Origin: Paraphysomonas bandaiensis
Lineage: Eukaryota > Protista > Chrysophyceae
Reading direction: 5' to 3'
DNA: 64,000 bases
NCBI GenBank assembly: GCA_965644295.1
Contig: CBFFRP010000011.1
Span: 1 to 64,000 of the forward strand
Position numbers and translations under genes: made by a program. Shown in pieces: positions 41,001-55,075 of the stretch (the stretch's first letter is position 1; the number at the start of each line of letters is the position of its first letter). The notes beneath the pieces are model-generated. The model did not search any database, was not told the origin of the DNA, and saw only the letters and a program-made list of their open reading frames with translations.

Positions 41001-43684
41001 TAATGAGAAAGTGATATACACACAAAAAAACAATTCCTAGAACAACGACATTTCACCTTTCAGCACACTGAGTAATTCGGCCAACTAAATCTGTTCTGAA
41101 GTGGTCATCAGTAGCTGTACCGAGAAAAGTGAGAAGCTTCTCTACGATGAACTCAACATTCACAGAATTCGTCATTCGAAACAAAAGGTCCAGCTGTAAA
41201 AAGAGTAAAATACCGCACGCGTAAATAACATGATAGTAATATTCATACTAAAGTCATATATAACACATATTACAACGCCATAACACAGAAAAAACAGCTA
41301 TAGATGCAATGTAGTTTATAGAGTCGATATAAGAAAGTAGATATAATCTTACAGTTTTCCTCTTAAGGGTTTCATCTGGGTCCTCCAAACAATCTATGAC
41401 GGCCATCTGATGATCTGCAGCATATCTGCGCACAGTAACACATACAGTTTATGTAAACTACAATTTAATCATATCCAACTGCCACTAAAATGCTGTATAA
41501 ACTTCTACCAGTTTACTCATCTCACATATACAACTTGCACAGTATAAAACACTTCAACAATCCAGAGCGACTATCGAAAAAAGTACTACATTCATACGTC
41601 GTATCTAGCATGTCATGACACATCCAATAGTATATTCTACAAGTCCATACTGCGTACACTGCACAATACTACATGCAAAATTTGATTACTCCAGACCTGG
41701 GATGATCCTTGACAATAGTTGCTAAGCCTTTAATACCAATGTACTTGAGGTTGTGCGAATCTGATCGAATAAACCGACTGATCGCAGTGGCAGCAGCGTC
41801 CAATAAAAGAGGATTGGGGTAAATCGTCGTCACAGTGCGAACACATTCATAGACTATAACAACGTAAATCAAAGAAATCACGAATATATACAGTACTGTG
41901 GGCAGCATAAAATGTTGCGAACGAGAAAACAAACAGGTACATCAGATCAAATTCAGTATATACTGCGCTTTCAACATAAGCAGCACAGATTTGTACAAAT
42001 TCCATTGCATAGTTAACAATGTGCAGTTCCATGTTGCATAGAGTGTCATGTGATATACAACGAAAACAAATAGAAGAGTATATGTTGTTCTACCGATAGC
42101 ATAGCCCACATTGATCCCAGTGTCGGCTCTTCTCATCACTTCCACGAGCACTTCATACATGCCTTCGCTGGAGCTCTGGTCTCCACGTCCCAACAGAGCC
42201 AAAATGCGCAACAGGTGCATCTTTTCAAACATATAAATCAGTACATCTCACCGTATACGTAAGTTATTCCCATACGTAGACGGCAAATTAATCTAACAAT
42301 TACTGCTGCAAAGTATATACATATATCTCACCTGAATCCACGGTGCAGGGATTCTATGGTAATCAAATTCTCTGGGAAGTCGATGTTCAATGATCTGCTT
42401 CAATATAGACGTAAACGATGAAACCAGGTCCTTGAGCGGTTGAGGATCGTTCAATATTACAGAGTGAAGTAAAATTAAGGCCGCCCCCATCACTGAAGGA
42501 TCTACAAGTTCAATACAAGCATATCAGTCAGTTTAGAATAACGGGATATGAAGTTTAGTTCTAAGGATAATAACAGATATTACACGACATGTGCATCCAA
42601 AAGAACACCCAATAGATTGACCCTCATCCAATGCAACAGTCCAAGACTAGTACGTACCTCTATCGCACAAAACTCTTCTAACTTTATCGAGGTGGTCTCT
42701 AAGACAATCATTGTCCATTTGGTAGAGTCTGTACACAGCCTTAGTACACACTTACGGGTAAAACAATATCCATTGTAGAGATACGTATAGTAAAAAAATG
42801 AATAGCTCAATGATAACACAAAAAATAGCACCTGTGAAGCGCACACACTGCTTTCTTGCGAACCATCTCCATGTCATGCTTCAGCAGTTTACAGACCTGC
42901 ACAAGTGGAATTAAGGGATGGTTGCGATAGAAAAGTCATTATCAGCCGAAACGGCAATACAGTATCAAATATAAACTTACATCGCCTATAACAGCTGGAA
43001 CCATATCCGGCGTCACTATCTTGCAAACTGCAGTCAAGGCAGCGCATGTTTCAAGGTGATTAGAGCTGCGAAACAAGTATAAGCTCGCGGCACATATATA
43101 AAAATAGAATGACTCCACTTGAGCGTTCATAAGCATGCACTCATAGTGATGTTATATATCAGTAGAATACAGTACCTATTCATGTCCCTTTGGATTTGGT
43201 TTACGAGCATGAACCTAAACTCGTGGTCCGGAGAAAAGCACAAGGCAGCTACGCGAGCAACACAACCATTAATTGCGCTCATTAATAAATGCGACTAATG
43301 ACCAACCTGCAAGATATCCAACGCGTTTCTGTGTAATATTCGATGATGCACACAATTCAACAGCTTTGATGTAAGCGAAGGAGGCATCTTGACCGAGCAT
43401 CTCCACATAGACAGCACTGATCCACTATTAGATATATACATACCCACTCATACGACTACATCTCACCGAATAACATACTCCTTCATTTTTTTCTTACTCA
43501 CACCACTCTCAGGGATCTTTTTCTTGAGGAACACCACCTATGTGAGGAGTTATTATGAGAGATAAGGCATAATCAAGATGATATGAACCTCCTCGCTTAT
43601 TATGCGATCCTCCTCTTGTTTGCTCTTGGACTCGCCAATGGCTTTCACCAGCTCAAAGAAATCTCTATTGGAAGATAGTGACAT
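38017..43684 (-). CDS. AP4E1: AP-4 complex subunit epsilon (many exons)
   Basis: N-terminus [61 protein letters not shown], a disordered hinge and appendage TTAEFGGRW. Confidence 0.95.
40013..40108. repeat. Intronic tandem duplication, 53-bp period
   Basis: ACTACATAGAATAATAGCAACCATGGA(T/A)AGGAGGCATCTTAAA at 40013 and 40066. Confidence 0.9.
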
Positions 43685-43777
43685 GGTTATTATTGAGATG
43701 TGGTATTGGGTGAATGTGTGGGTCCCGCGAGCGGATTATAATGATGCAAATAGACGAGATATGCATGACTACAACTA

Positions 43778-44692
43778 TACATACATACATACATACATAC
43801 ATACATACATACATACATACATACATACATACATACATACATACATACATACATACATACATACATACATACATACATACATACATACATACATACATAC
43901 ATACATACATACATACATACATACATACATACATACATACATACATACATACATACATACATACATACATACATACATACATACATACATACATACATAC
44001 ATACATACATACATACATACATACATACATACATACATACATACATACATACATACATACATACATACATACATACATACATACATACATACATACATAC
44101 ATACATACATACATACATACATACATACATACATACATACATACATACATACATACATGCATACATACATACATACATACATACATACATACATACATAC
44201 ATACATACATACATACATACATACATACATACATACATACGTACAGATACACATACATACATACATACATACATACATACATACATACATACATACATAC
44301 ATACATACATACATACATACATACATACATACATACATACATACATACATACATACATACATACATACATACATACATACATACATACATACATACATAC
44401 ATACATACATACATACATACATACATACATACATACATACATACATACATACATACATACATACACATACATACATACATACATACATACATACATACAT
44501 ACATACATACATACATACATACATACATACATACATACATACATACATACATACATACATACATACATACATACATACATACATACATACATACATGCAT
44601 ACATACATACATACATACATACATACATACATACATACATACATACATACATACATACATACATACATACATACAGACATACATACATACAT
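43778..44692. repeat. Long (CATA)n microsatellite (~0.9 kb)
   Basis: Nearly pure tetranucleotide array with a few variant units. Confidence 0.98.
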
Positions 44693-44825
44693 ATACAGCA
44701 GGGTGTGAATGTGGAGGAGGGAGAGGTGGTCACATGTATCTTCTTCGTGTGTATCCATGTACTGTTTATATTATGTACATATTCTTGGTTCGTATTATAT
44801 TTCACACACTGCACTATCAGTAACA

Positions 44826-46482
44826 ATGCCACTATCCAAACGATGGGAGATCGTCATCATGCTGCATACGGCAGCAGCACTAGACTTCATGTTACGAGTA
44901 AACTTAAGTGTGGCAGTGGTTCGTATGAGGGACGAGTTAGAGTGGACTGAGAGGGGAGTGGGCTTCATGTTATCATCTTTCTATTGGGGATATGCGATCG
45001 GACAGATGCCTTCTGTTATAGCTGTGCATAGATTAGACGTGAAGTGGTTTATGGGATGCGCTCTCTTGATAACATGCGCATTGTCCATCTTATTCCCTGT
45101 GCTGTGTAGTTATAGTTATGCACTTGGATTCACTGCCAGACTATGTATGGGCCTCTCTGCTAGTGTTAATTTTCCATCGATCTTTTACTTCTACACAATG
45201 TGGATTCCGTCAAATGAGAGGACTATTATGGTGGCTCTTATTATGAGCGGTGCTTATCTTGTAAGTATTAGCAGCGGTCGTAAATGTAACTGAGCATACT
45301 GTTCTACAGGGCGAAGTCATATCGTTTTGGTTCTCGGGTTACTTAGTATCAACCACATGGTTACTGAGTTGGTACTATAACGGGGAAGTGATACGTATAG
45401 ATATAGGTGGCTGGCCTAGTGCCTTCTGGTTTTTCGGTGCACTTGGCTTTCTATGGTTTCCTATATGGATGCATTACGTGTATGAAGCCCCCAGTGCACA
45501 TCCTTTCATATCCGAAGAGGAGCTCACCTTGTTTCTGGATTATTCAGGTTGAAAAATTGCATGTACTACGGTATTCATTAGTAATATTTTTCTGTAGAGA
45601 GCATGGAACTCGAGGCACTGAAATCCCCGTCATATTCATCAATGACAGCTCTTCCGTCCCCTTCTTATCAACAGCCCCCAATTACGTTACCAGACCTCAT
45701 TCTTCCTGCACCTCTATCGTCTCCCCCACCACCAACTCCTGATAGACGATATAGGCGGCGTTTTCGCGGAGTGCATCAAAGAAAACCACATTTCACTCTT
45801 GCAGAAATTCCGTGGATGGAATTTTTTACCCATCCAGCATCAATAACCTTACTTATCAATTCATGGACACTTAACTGGATTGCATTCATGCTTCTATCAG
45901 AGCTTCCTTCTTACTTGTCAGAGGTGTTTGCCGTAAATATTAAAAATGCTGGGATGCTGAGTTTACTGCCTTTTGCTGCTCAATTTGCTGCATCATTGAT
46001 CTTTGGACAGATTTTTCAAGCTCTCCAAGAACATTGTGGATGGTCAACAAGGACAGTAAGACAAACCGCGCAAGTAGGTGTATATATGGAATTGTACAGT
46101 TTTTTTATTCTTTTGGTAGTATACAGCATTTGCTGGATCTGGAATATGCCTACTAATTTTTGGCTTTCTAAATGACCCTAATTGGGCTATTTCTGTCATG
46201 GTTATTGGGCTGATGTGCTTCGGAGCAGCACAATCAGGTATTATGTGTGCTTATCTAGATCTCACACCAAAATACTCCACAACTCTTAACACCATAGCCA
46301 ATATTGGTGGATCAATAGCGGCTCTGGTGTCACCTTTACTGATATCATCCCTGAAGTCATTCATGCCTTTACCGTGGGGTTGGAGGAGTGTATTTGGCTT
46401 AACAGGACTACAGTGTCTAATTTCTCTTATTTTTTGGTCATTATATCAGACTTCTGATCCGATAGATTTTGACGATTTTTAG
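44826..46482 (+). CDS. MFS anion/phosphate transporter, SLC17/PHT4 (ACS) family
   Basis: RVNLSVAVV, LSSFYWGYAIGQMP, WIPSNER, GWPSAFWFFG, IPW, LLSELPSY and YLDLTPKY. Confidence 0.88.
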
Positions 46483-46844
46483 CAATTTTAATTCTTTTAG
46501 ACACTCGTGGACTTGGTTTGCATGTCATTTGTGGTATTGTTTCTTATCTCAATTTCGATATTTTGATAAAATTTGCCATGTGGTAGTTTCTAGTGAATCG
46601 CTAATACAGTTTCAAGATCATATAGTAAGCAGAAAGCCAGCATAAGAAAGATCATATAGCAGGGTTTGGGAACAGTATATTATAACATATACAGTCTCAT
46701 TAATAATATTGCATAATACTATCGCCATATAATGACAATATAGTAATATAATAGTAATATAATATTGCACAAAAAACTTTCGTAGCGCTATATAATAGGA
46801 TATGTGAATTTTCAATTATAATTTACTACAATCTGCGTCCCTGG

Positions 46845-46944
46845 TTAGGTGCAGGTAGAGGTTTATCTAGCTTGACTAGAGTTTTCATATAGCTACTAAT
46901 CTGGTGCAGATTCTTGACGCCTATTGCTAATAATAAGACTTTCA
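46845..46944 (+). repeat. Diverged copy of the terminal ~100 bp of the LINE 3' UTR
   Basis: GGTAG..GGT.TA.CTAG..TGACTAG...TAGC.ACTAAT..TGCA...ACGCCTATTGCTAA.TAA.AGAC.TTCA aligns with 21822-21919. Confidence 0.8.
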
Positions 46945-47632
46945 TATATAGTAGTAATACTATTGATGGAACGCTATCTAACAATAGTATTGTAATATAT
47001 TTCCCTTTCCCTGAGTAGTATCATCTATCATTATCCATAAGTTAAATACATCTCCTGTATATTCCGTTTTTATACTATAAAATGTCATAACTTTTGCCGT
47101 CGATTGTATGGATATGTTTTCACGTACACAGCCAGCTCTAGATTTTATGTTGCTGATGCCATTATATGAGTAAAAACTTGAACTAAGAACTAAGGACGTA
47201 TGCACAATGCACAATACAATGTGTTGCTAAACTTGCAATATAGATAGTATTTTTTGTACTTCGTATGCCAACTTGTACATACACGCGGCACGTCAAAAGA
47301 GTTATTATATACTCTCGAAGCAAGCAAGTCTGTCAGGCAGACTCCGCGACTCTGCCCAGAATAGCTGTACTACGGTAATAAAACTACATTCACAAGTAAT
47401 TGAAATTTCATATTACTATATTGCGCTAAATTTTAGTACTTACTTTATGTTTACTAACTTCACGGCACTGTTATCAGATTCATGCACTGACGCAAATTAC
47501 TATAATAAATTCACTGGCTACTTCATATATGGTTGGTACACAAGGTACAACATGAGTTGAAGAAACACCAGAAGGTCGCAGTAATAAACACTCTAAGCAC
47601 TATCTGTCCCGGAATCATCACTCATAGTGCCA

Positions 47633-50449
47633 TCATATCTTAACGAAGAAGTTCTTTCTATATAAATAGTAGGCCACAATGGCCCACGAGACCACCCCGA
47701 TGCAATTCATCTGTAGCTGCCGTGCATGACTTGTGGGACTGGTCTTGTAACTACACATATCACTATGACACAAGTAACGACTTCGCACATCACCATATTA
47801 CCTGAACGGGAAAAATCCAGCTAGAATATCGTGGCCAACATAAATAAGGATGCTATTCATACCCATTGGTCGGAACGGAAAACCTAAAGGACATGCAAAT
47901 CATATCAACTCAGGAAAAAAACAGTGGCATGTACACTGACCTGTCCACACCTTCCACACATCCACCAGCAGATAGGTTATCGTCAACATAATCAATCCTC
48001 CGCCAGCGGTAACAAAGACAAAGGATGTACTCCACAAGTTCTTGTTGACTGGCATAAGACCACCGTTCTGTTGAAATCCACAGAGGCAACCTGCAAGCTC
48101 ATTATGAAAGACGCTTGTATTAGACTCTTAGAAATACCTGCAACGAACATCAGTGCCACTCCCCATAGTAGCCACCGCGTGATACGACTCTTGTGGTTCG
48201 AGAACAGTACGATACAGCGACCTGTCAACAAATATTATGTTCAGCTTTCGCTAGGGTTAGGTCAACGCACTTCACTTATAAACACTGCACACAAACAATA
48301 TTGCAATGCCTCGCATAACAGTATACCAAATTCAAAATCAGAACTATGCTATAGTAAATGTACTACAGTATAATGCTGCTATTACGTAGGGAAAGCCACA
48401 CAGTACGGAAGAAATAGACTTGCTTGGCATAGTATAATTAATACAGCTCTATTAAACTAAGCATGCTACACTTACCAGCCATAAGGCCAAGGTACGTTAG
48501 CGTACAGGCTGAAAGAGCACCGAGCATGCCCTCAGGATCATAAGGCCTGTTATACTTTAATTAAAACATGGTATAGTTGATGTATAACACATACTCGCAG
48601 CTGTATAAGTGTTTGCAGGTTGGTCCATGGTATATGAGATCACTTGTGAAGAGTTGTATGTCAATATGCTTATGAATACCCCCAGTGCACTCTACTCAAA
48701 AGTCAATATATGAAATTTGGTATCATCTAGGAGATACCTGGGTGATTTCCATGATCTCCAATTCCACCAGGACCGAGATACCCCCTATCCGTAACATTCG
48801 ATCAATTAACGACAAATTATATTAATTGGCGAGGAATACCTAGGGCAGCCTGGAGCCTTCCCCCCTAGAGATACGGTGATGTATACAAACAAAATGACCC
48901 CTTGAATCAACCACTCAGCACGGTAAGCAAACATGATAAGGCTTGGCAAAGGATGACATAGGCCTCCTAGGAACCTTAAGCGTTACAAAGTTAAAAACGT
49001 CACTAGCCTCAAGAGTAAATAACCTATCTTCGGGGTGCAGCGCCCAGTTCTGCATGCTATCGTAGAAGTCCTTTTCTTTCGCCTTTGTTTTTTCTAATGT
49101 GTCCTGTATGGGCGTATCGCATAAATGAACAAATTTTGTACTGTGTACATCGCTACCTTAGTGTAATCTGAACATATGAGGACCGTGGCACACGTAACAA
49201 AATACGACACGGCAAAGTACTGTAGCACTCCTTCATGACAAAAGTAGACGTATATTTATGAGTACAATATAACATACATCTCACTATATAAATACCAGGA
49301 ATTCTCCACGTTTTGTACTCGTACCCATTGGCTAAAAACATTCCAATAGCAAACAGAGTCAGAGAACGCTGGACAGCCTGCATAAAATTGTAACAATCAG
49401 ATGCACCACAACATACTAACGCCAACCTTTTTCCACAATTCTGCCTTTGGAACTTGTTTCTTTCTCATAGCTTCAAATGACAGTGCCATAGATACCCCCA
49501 TCATCCACATGAACCAAGGGAAGAGCAAGTCGGCAAATGTGAGACCATTCCAATCGGCATGCTCGAAGAACCAATAACCCCCGCCACCATAATTCACAAA
49601 TATCATGAGAAATAAAGAAAGACCACGGAAGGTGTCAAGGCTGTTCAGACGAGGTGGTTTAGCGGGAACAGCAGTTGTTACAGATGCATCATCCAATAGA
49701 GGTGCTTTTTCGAAATCATCGCCCTGCGAACAAGTTTACAATGGGAACTCTGGATAGGTTCGTACACACCTGCAGAAGGGGAGCATTAACCAGACTGCTT
49801 CTAATAGAGGATGTCAAGCTCGTGCGCATTAGCGAATCGTCTTCATTGGTGCCTCTATTGGTATGCTTGTATAGTTGCCCTGCAACAATGACAACTACAG
49901 AAAAGTCAGAGCCAGAAAAATGTTGAACGCGACCCTAACCTACTGTCGGAAGAAAACACACGAAGACAACAATCCCAATGATAATAAAAAGAGTCTTCAG
50001 TGGCTGCATTGAATCTATGGGGTCACGTTCTTTTGAAACTGCAATGGTATTTTCCGCAGTGAGAGATATACCATATTCACCGTGTTCACCGAATGTGTAA
50101 TCCTTTCGAGCCACAACAGTATCTGTATCGCTATCTATGATAAACAAATGCCACAAGTGTGGGGTGAATAACAATGCACACTGCCCGTCAGTGTCCGCAA
50201 CAAGTGATTTCAGGCATCTGTAGCACTCTGAGTTAACAGCATATAGATGTAGATTCGTCTCCGATGTATCATATCGCACTAAGGCTTGATCTATCCCCCT
50301 ATACGCATATATCAATACATAACATTAAGAAGAAATCACACTCACATCCGACTTCCACATTCGGCTGATTCAATAGCAGATTCCCCCTTTATGGAGGCGC
50401 ATATAGTTACGCAAACCAGAGCAAAATAATAAAGAGATGTGGCAGTCAT
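47633..50449 (-). CDS. HGSNAT: Heparan-alpha-glucosaminide N-acetyltransferase (multi-exon)
   Basis: RLNSLDTFRG, MIFVNYGGG, HADWNGLTFADLLFPWF, RIPGVLQ, GCP.GYLGPGG, YDPEGMLG, PVNKNLWSTSF and GMNSILIY. Confidence 0.92.
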
Positions 50450-50970
50450 AGCCAGGGAATAAGACAGCTCGGTAAAGGGGTCAGTTATTACGTACAGAGA
50501 TTGTCTATTTCCCAACAAAAACTCGGGGTTGATAAGGCAGCAGGCCTGCAGTGATGTATCGATAATATGATTTCTTTACTATGCGGTTTAACAACAAGCA
50601 AGAGCCAAATAACTCTGAACGTCCTAGAAACTGAAAAGTATTGACCCTTTGGGATACTCTAATCAGAGACAATCTCTACAACTTTGGAAAGTGTCTTTTG
50701 GAGATACTGTACTTGTAGGCTCTGTAGTCCATTGGTACATACTACACACTACAACCACCCAACTGAAACAAATTGACTCTACAAGATACTTCCTTCCAAA
50801 AAAAAATTAGCAAAAAAAATTTTAGAAAAATAACAAAAACGAAACGTTTTTCTCACTTCTTCAGAACTCACTTCGCTCTTAAGAGTTAGATCCGCATATA
50901 CATACATACACACATATTAGTAGAGTGATTGCGTATATATTGTGGATATTTCATCTTGTGTAGGGTGAAA

Positions 50971-53900
50971 ATGAGTCGTTCTACAACTGCAGGGAGTAAA
51001 CTGGAGATGTCGAAGTCTATGTCATCATTACCACAGTCGAATATCTCTCATTTCCAGGCAGGTGTCGATACTCTGAAACGAGCCCGTAAGGGAGAGAAAC
51101 GTATTCAAAGTGCTTTGGAACGTGCTCATAAGTTGTATAATTGTGGACAGTATAAAGAGGCGTTGGCTTCCTGTGAAGAGTCATATGAAATAGATGCGTT
51201 TCGTACTGATAATCTGCTCCTTCTTGGAGCCATACACTTCCAACTCAGAAACTTCTCGGAATGTATTTTCTATAATCAACAATGTATTCGTGTTGATCCG
51301 ACTTATGCTGAGGCATTTAGTAATCTCGGTAATGCTCTTAAAGAATTAGGTGACATTCAAGCTGCTATACAATTCTATATGAAGGTAAGATAGGAGATGT
51401 ATAGCATTCTTTCAATAACATATCGAATAGGCGATAAAACTAAAGCCTCGGTTTGGTGATGCATATAATAATCTAGCTAGTGCCTACATGCAGCTCGGTC
51501 AACTTCAAGAAGCTATGGAAACGTACAGAATGGCTATTGTTCTGAATCCTGGTCTTGTAGACGCCCATAGCAACATGGGGAACTTACACAAGGTGTGACA
51601 GACGCGTAGCCTTAACTCGCACCTTACTTTGTCTTCAGGCAATAGGTGATTTGGAATCAGCGAAGAGGTGTTATCTTGAGGCCATTAGAATCCGTCCTGA
51701 TTTCGCAATCGCCTGGAGTAACTTGGCCGGTGTTTTCAAAGACGAAGGACAGCTGAAGACTGCAGTAGCATACTATCAGGAGGCGATTAGATTGTGTCCT
51801 GAATTTGCTGATGCTCATAGCAATTTGGGTAATGTCCTCAAGGAATGTAATGATCTCGAAGAAGCCATTTCTGCCTATCAGGTGTGGATTGTATAAATCT
51901 ATATTTACGGTTTTAGTACTCAACTTATGCCTTAGACTTCTATAAAGCTGAGACCGGACTTTGCTATAGCACACGGAAATCTGGGCAGCTGTTTTTACGA
52001 CAAAGGTGATATTGACAGCGCAATACGTTCGTTTAAGTACGCCATCCAGCTCGAACCAAACTTCCCGGATGCATACAACAACTTAGGAAACGCACTTAGA
52101 GAGGTGTGTGGTTGGGTTAGAGAGCGATTTCTTTTTACCATTGTTGACTTTGATAAATATATTGGTGTGACTGGAAACTTGTAGACTGGAGAATTGGATG
52201 AAGCCGTGCAGTGTTACCGCTCCGCACTTAGACTTAAACCTGACCACCCCCACGCGTACAATAATTTAGGTAAGCTTTTTTACACGTTATTATCAACGGC
52301 CAGTAGTGACGCATACTTACAGGCAATGCGATGAAGGACAAAGGGTTAATTCAGGAGGCAATTCACTGCTACGTGACTGCCGTAAGACTCATGCCCAAGT
52401 TCGCAGCAGCGCATAGCAACCTCGGATCAGTTCTGAAGGAACAGGGAAAGCTCGACCAGGCATTGGCTCACTACCAGGAGGCCATCAGTATTGATCCTAA
52501 TTTTGCGGACGCGTATTCAAATATGGGAAATACCTATAAAGACCTATGCAACCCCGAGGTAGGTGTATGCACACTGTGAGATGTGAGGTCTTAATTTTTT
52601 GGGTGTATAGCAAGCTATCCAGTGCTATATGAAGGCCATCGACTTATCTCCAAAATTTGCCGATGCACATTGTAACCTGGGGTCAGTCTATAGAGATGGT
52701 GGCCAGGTCGTCTTAGATACCAATTTTTATATTATGGTTGATTGTATTCGTGTAGATTCTGCAAGCGATAGAAAGCTACCGAAGGGCGCTGCAATTGCGA
52801 CCGAGTTTTCCTGACGCGTTCGCTAATTTAGTACATACCCAGCTCTCTGTGTGCGACTGGACGACATTTGAACAAGACTTCGACAGGCTTAGGGAGATCT
52901 CACGAGAACAGGTGGCTGCTGAAGGGAAAAATATATCTGTTCTTCCATCCGTGCAGCCTTTTCACACACTAGTTTACCCTTTCTCCTTGGGTGAGATGCA
53001 ACAGGTGTGACATCGCGCAGTTTTTATAACTTTGTTAGATAATTTGTTCTAGATTGCTCGCCTATACGCGGCAAAAACGCGTATGAATGCTTCACTGGTG
53101 GACATTTCCGGTGTTTTCTTACAGAAACCGAGTTCTGCCCGTATTAAGATAGGCTATGTGTCTTCGGATTTTGGTAATCACCCATTGGGTCACCTGATGC
53201 AGTCCGTGTTCGGTCTTCATGACAGATCAAAATTCGAGATTATATGCTACTCTTTGTCCCCATCCGACCAGTCAACTTGGAGAAGTCGGATTGAATCTGA
53301 CGCAGACTCGTTTAAAGATATTAGTCAGGTAATTTTCGTGGAAGTTATGTTGAAGGTCTTAGAAATTTTCGTTTTATAGATGCATTTTGGTGATGCCGTA
53401 AATTTAATTCGTGGGGACCGTGTTCATATACTATTCAACTTGAATGGATACACCAAAGGGGCGAAAAACGAAATATTTGCACTACGCCCAGCACCTATTC
53501 AGGTTCCTCTGTATTACATCTGCTTATCCTTGGATCATTGTTATGGTTGTACAGATATCATTCCTTGGCTATTGTGGTACCATGGGTGCGAAGTATATTG
53601 AGTACATGATTGCCGACAACACTGTAGTCCCACCGGAACTAGAGAGCTACTACGACGAAAAACTAATTCAGCTGCCGCATTCCTACTTCGTTAATGATCA
53701 TAAACAATCAGCAAGATTTGTCTTAGATGGTTCCAAAGCAGTGAAGCGTGCACAGTATGGCATAGAAGAAGACAAGTTTGTGTTCTGCTCATTTAACCAG
53801 CTATACAAAATCGATCCAACGTTGTTCGATACTTGGGTAAGAATTTTAAAACGAGTTCCCAATTCGATTCTCTGGTTGCTTCGGTTTCCCGGAGCAGGAG

Positions 53901-54561
53901 AAGAAAATATATTTAACGAGGTGAATATCGCTTCCTTTTTTGTTGTATGATACGTAATTTGTATATAGGCTAGGAAGAGGGGATTAAGACATGATCAAAT
54001 CGTTTTCTCTGATGTGGCGCCAAAGGAGGAGCATCTGGCACGTTGTGTTCTGGCTGATCTCTGTCTTGATACAGTAGCTTATAATGCCCACACCACAGCT
54101 TGTGATATGCTGTAAGACGTTCTTTATATGATATTATTACCGTAATCTTATGCATAGTTGGGCTGGCACTCCAATTATCACTTGTCCAGGAGATAAAATG
54201 TCGACCCGAGTGGCCACTAGTCTGCTAAAATCATGCGGCCTTGAGGTATTCCGTTTTAATTCGATCCCAATATGTCTGTAAATGTTACTCGCAGAGTCTG
54301 GTATGCCCGAATTTAGCGGCTTACGAGGAAATGGCAGTCACGTTAGCTGTAGATACGGATAAATTGTATGAGATGCGCCTTCACTTGGAGAACAGTAGAG
54401 AAAATTGTGCACTCTTTGATACGGTACGTTGGGTTAGGAATCTAGAGAAAGGGTTGACGAAGGCTTGGGAACTTTATGAGAAGGGGCATCTTCCGGAAAA
54501 TATAGCCGTTACTGATTCCGACCCTGTTGTTCAAGTGAAGCAAGAGGAATTACTCGGCTGA
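50971..54561 (+). CDS. OGT: O-GlcNAc transferase, OGT/SECRET AGENT type (TPRs + GT41)
   Basis: Multiple TPRs, [42 protein letters not shown] and YNAHTT (SEC/OGT-like rather than SPY-like). Confidence 0.93.
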
Positions 54562-55075
54562 AGTACAATTATTATTTAAATTATTTATGCGTATTAGCAG
54601 CATAACGACCAGTGTAGTGAATGTATGGAGAAGTGAATGGGATATGCTTGTTTTATGTACTTCCACTCTACATCGAAGTGAGAGGGACACCTGTGTTCTT
54701 GTGTGTCGCCAACAGTAATTAATTGAAATATTAGGCGAGAGTAAAGTAAAAGCTATTCTGTGGAATAAACAATGAATGTAAACGAGATATTTGACGTAGC
54801 TAGACAGGAACATGGTATATGAAGTTCAGTTCTGAGTAAGCGCCTTTCGAATACTATTGTCTACGTTGTAGATTTTTATACGACGTCATGGATGTCCATG
54901 ATATGCGCTTGTGGTTGGTAATGGCAATTTAGTGTGACAATATTCTGCAGAACATGTTACATTACAAATTACCAAATAAAATGCACAGAAGAATAAAACA
55001 AGATATTGAGAATATTATCATCCCCGTCATATAGAGTGCACAGATCTTCCGCTTATGTCACCATGCATTTTAATT

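Noticed and set aside
43602-44832. Five long ORFs (YIHT/MYVC repeats)
   Set aside because: Artefacts of the stop-free (CATA)n microsatellite.
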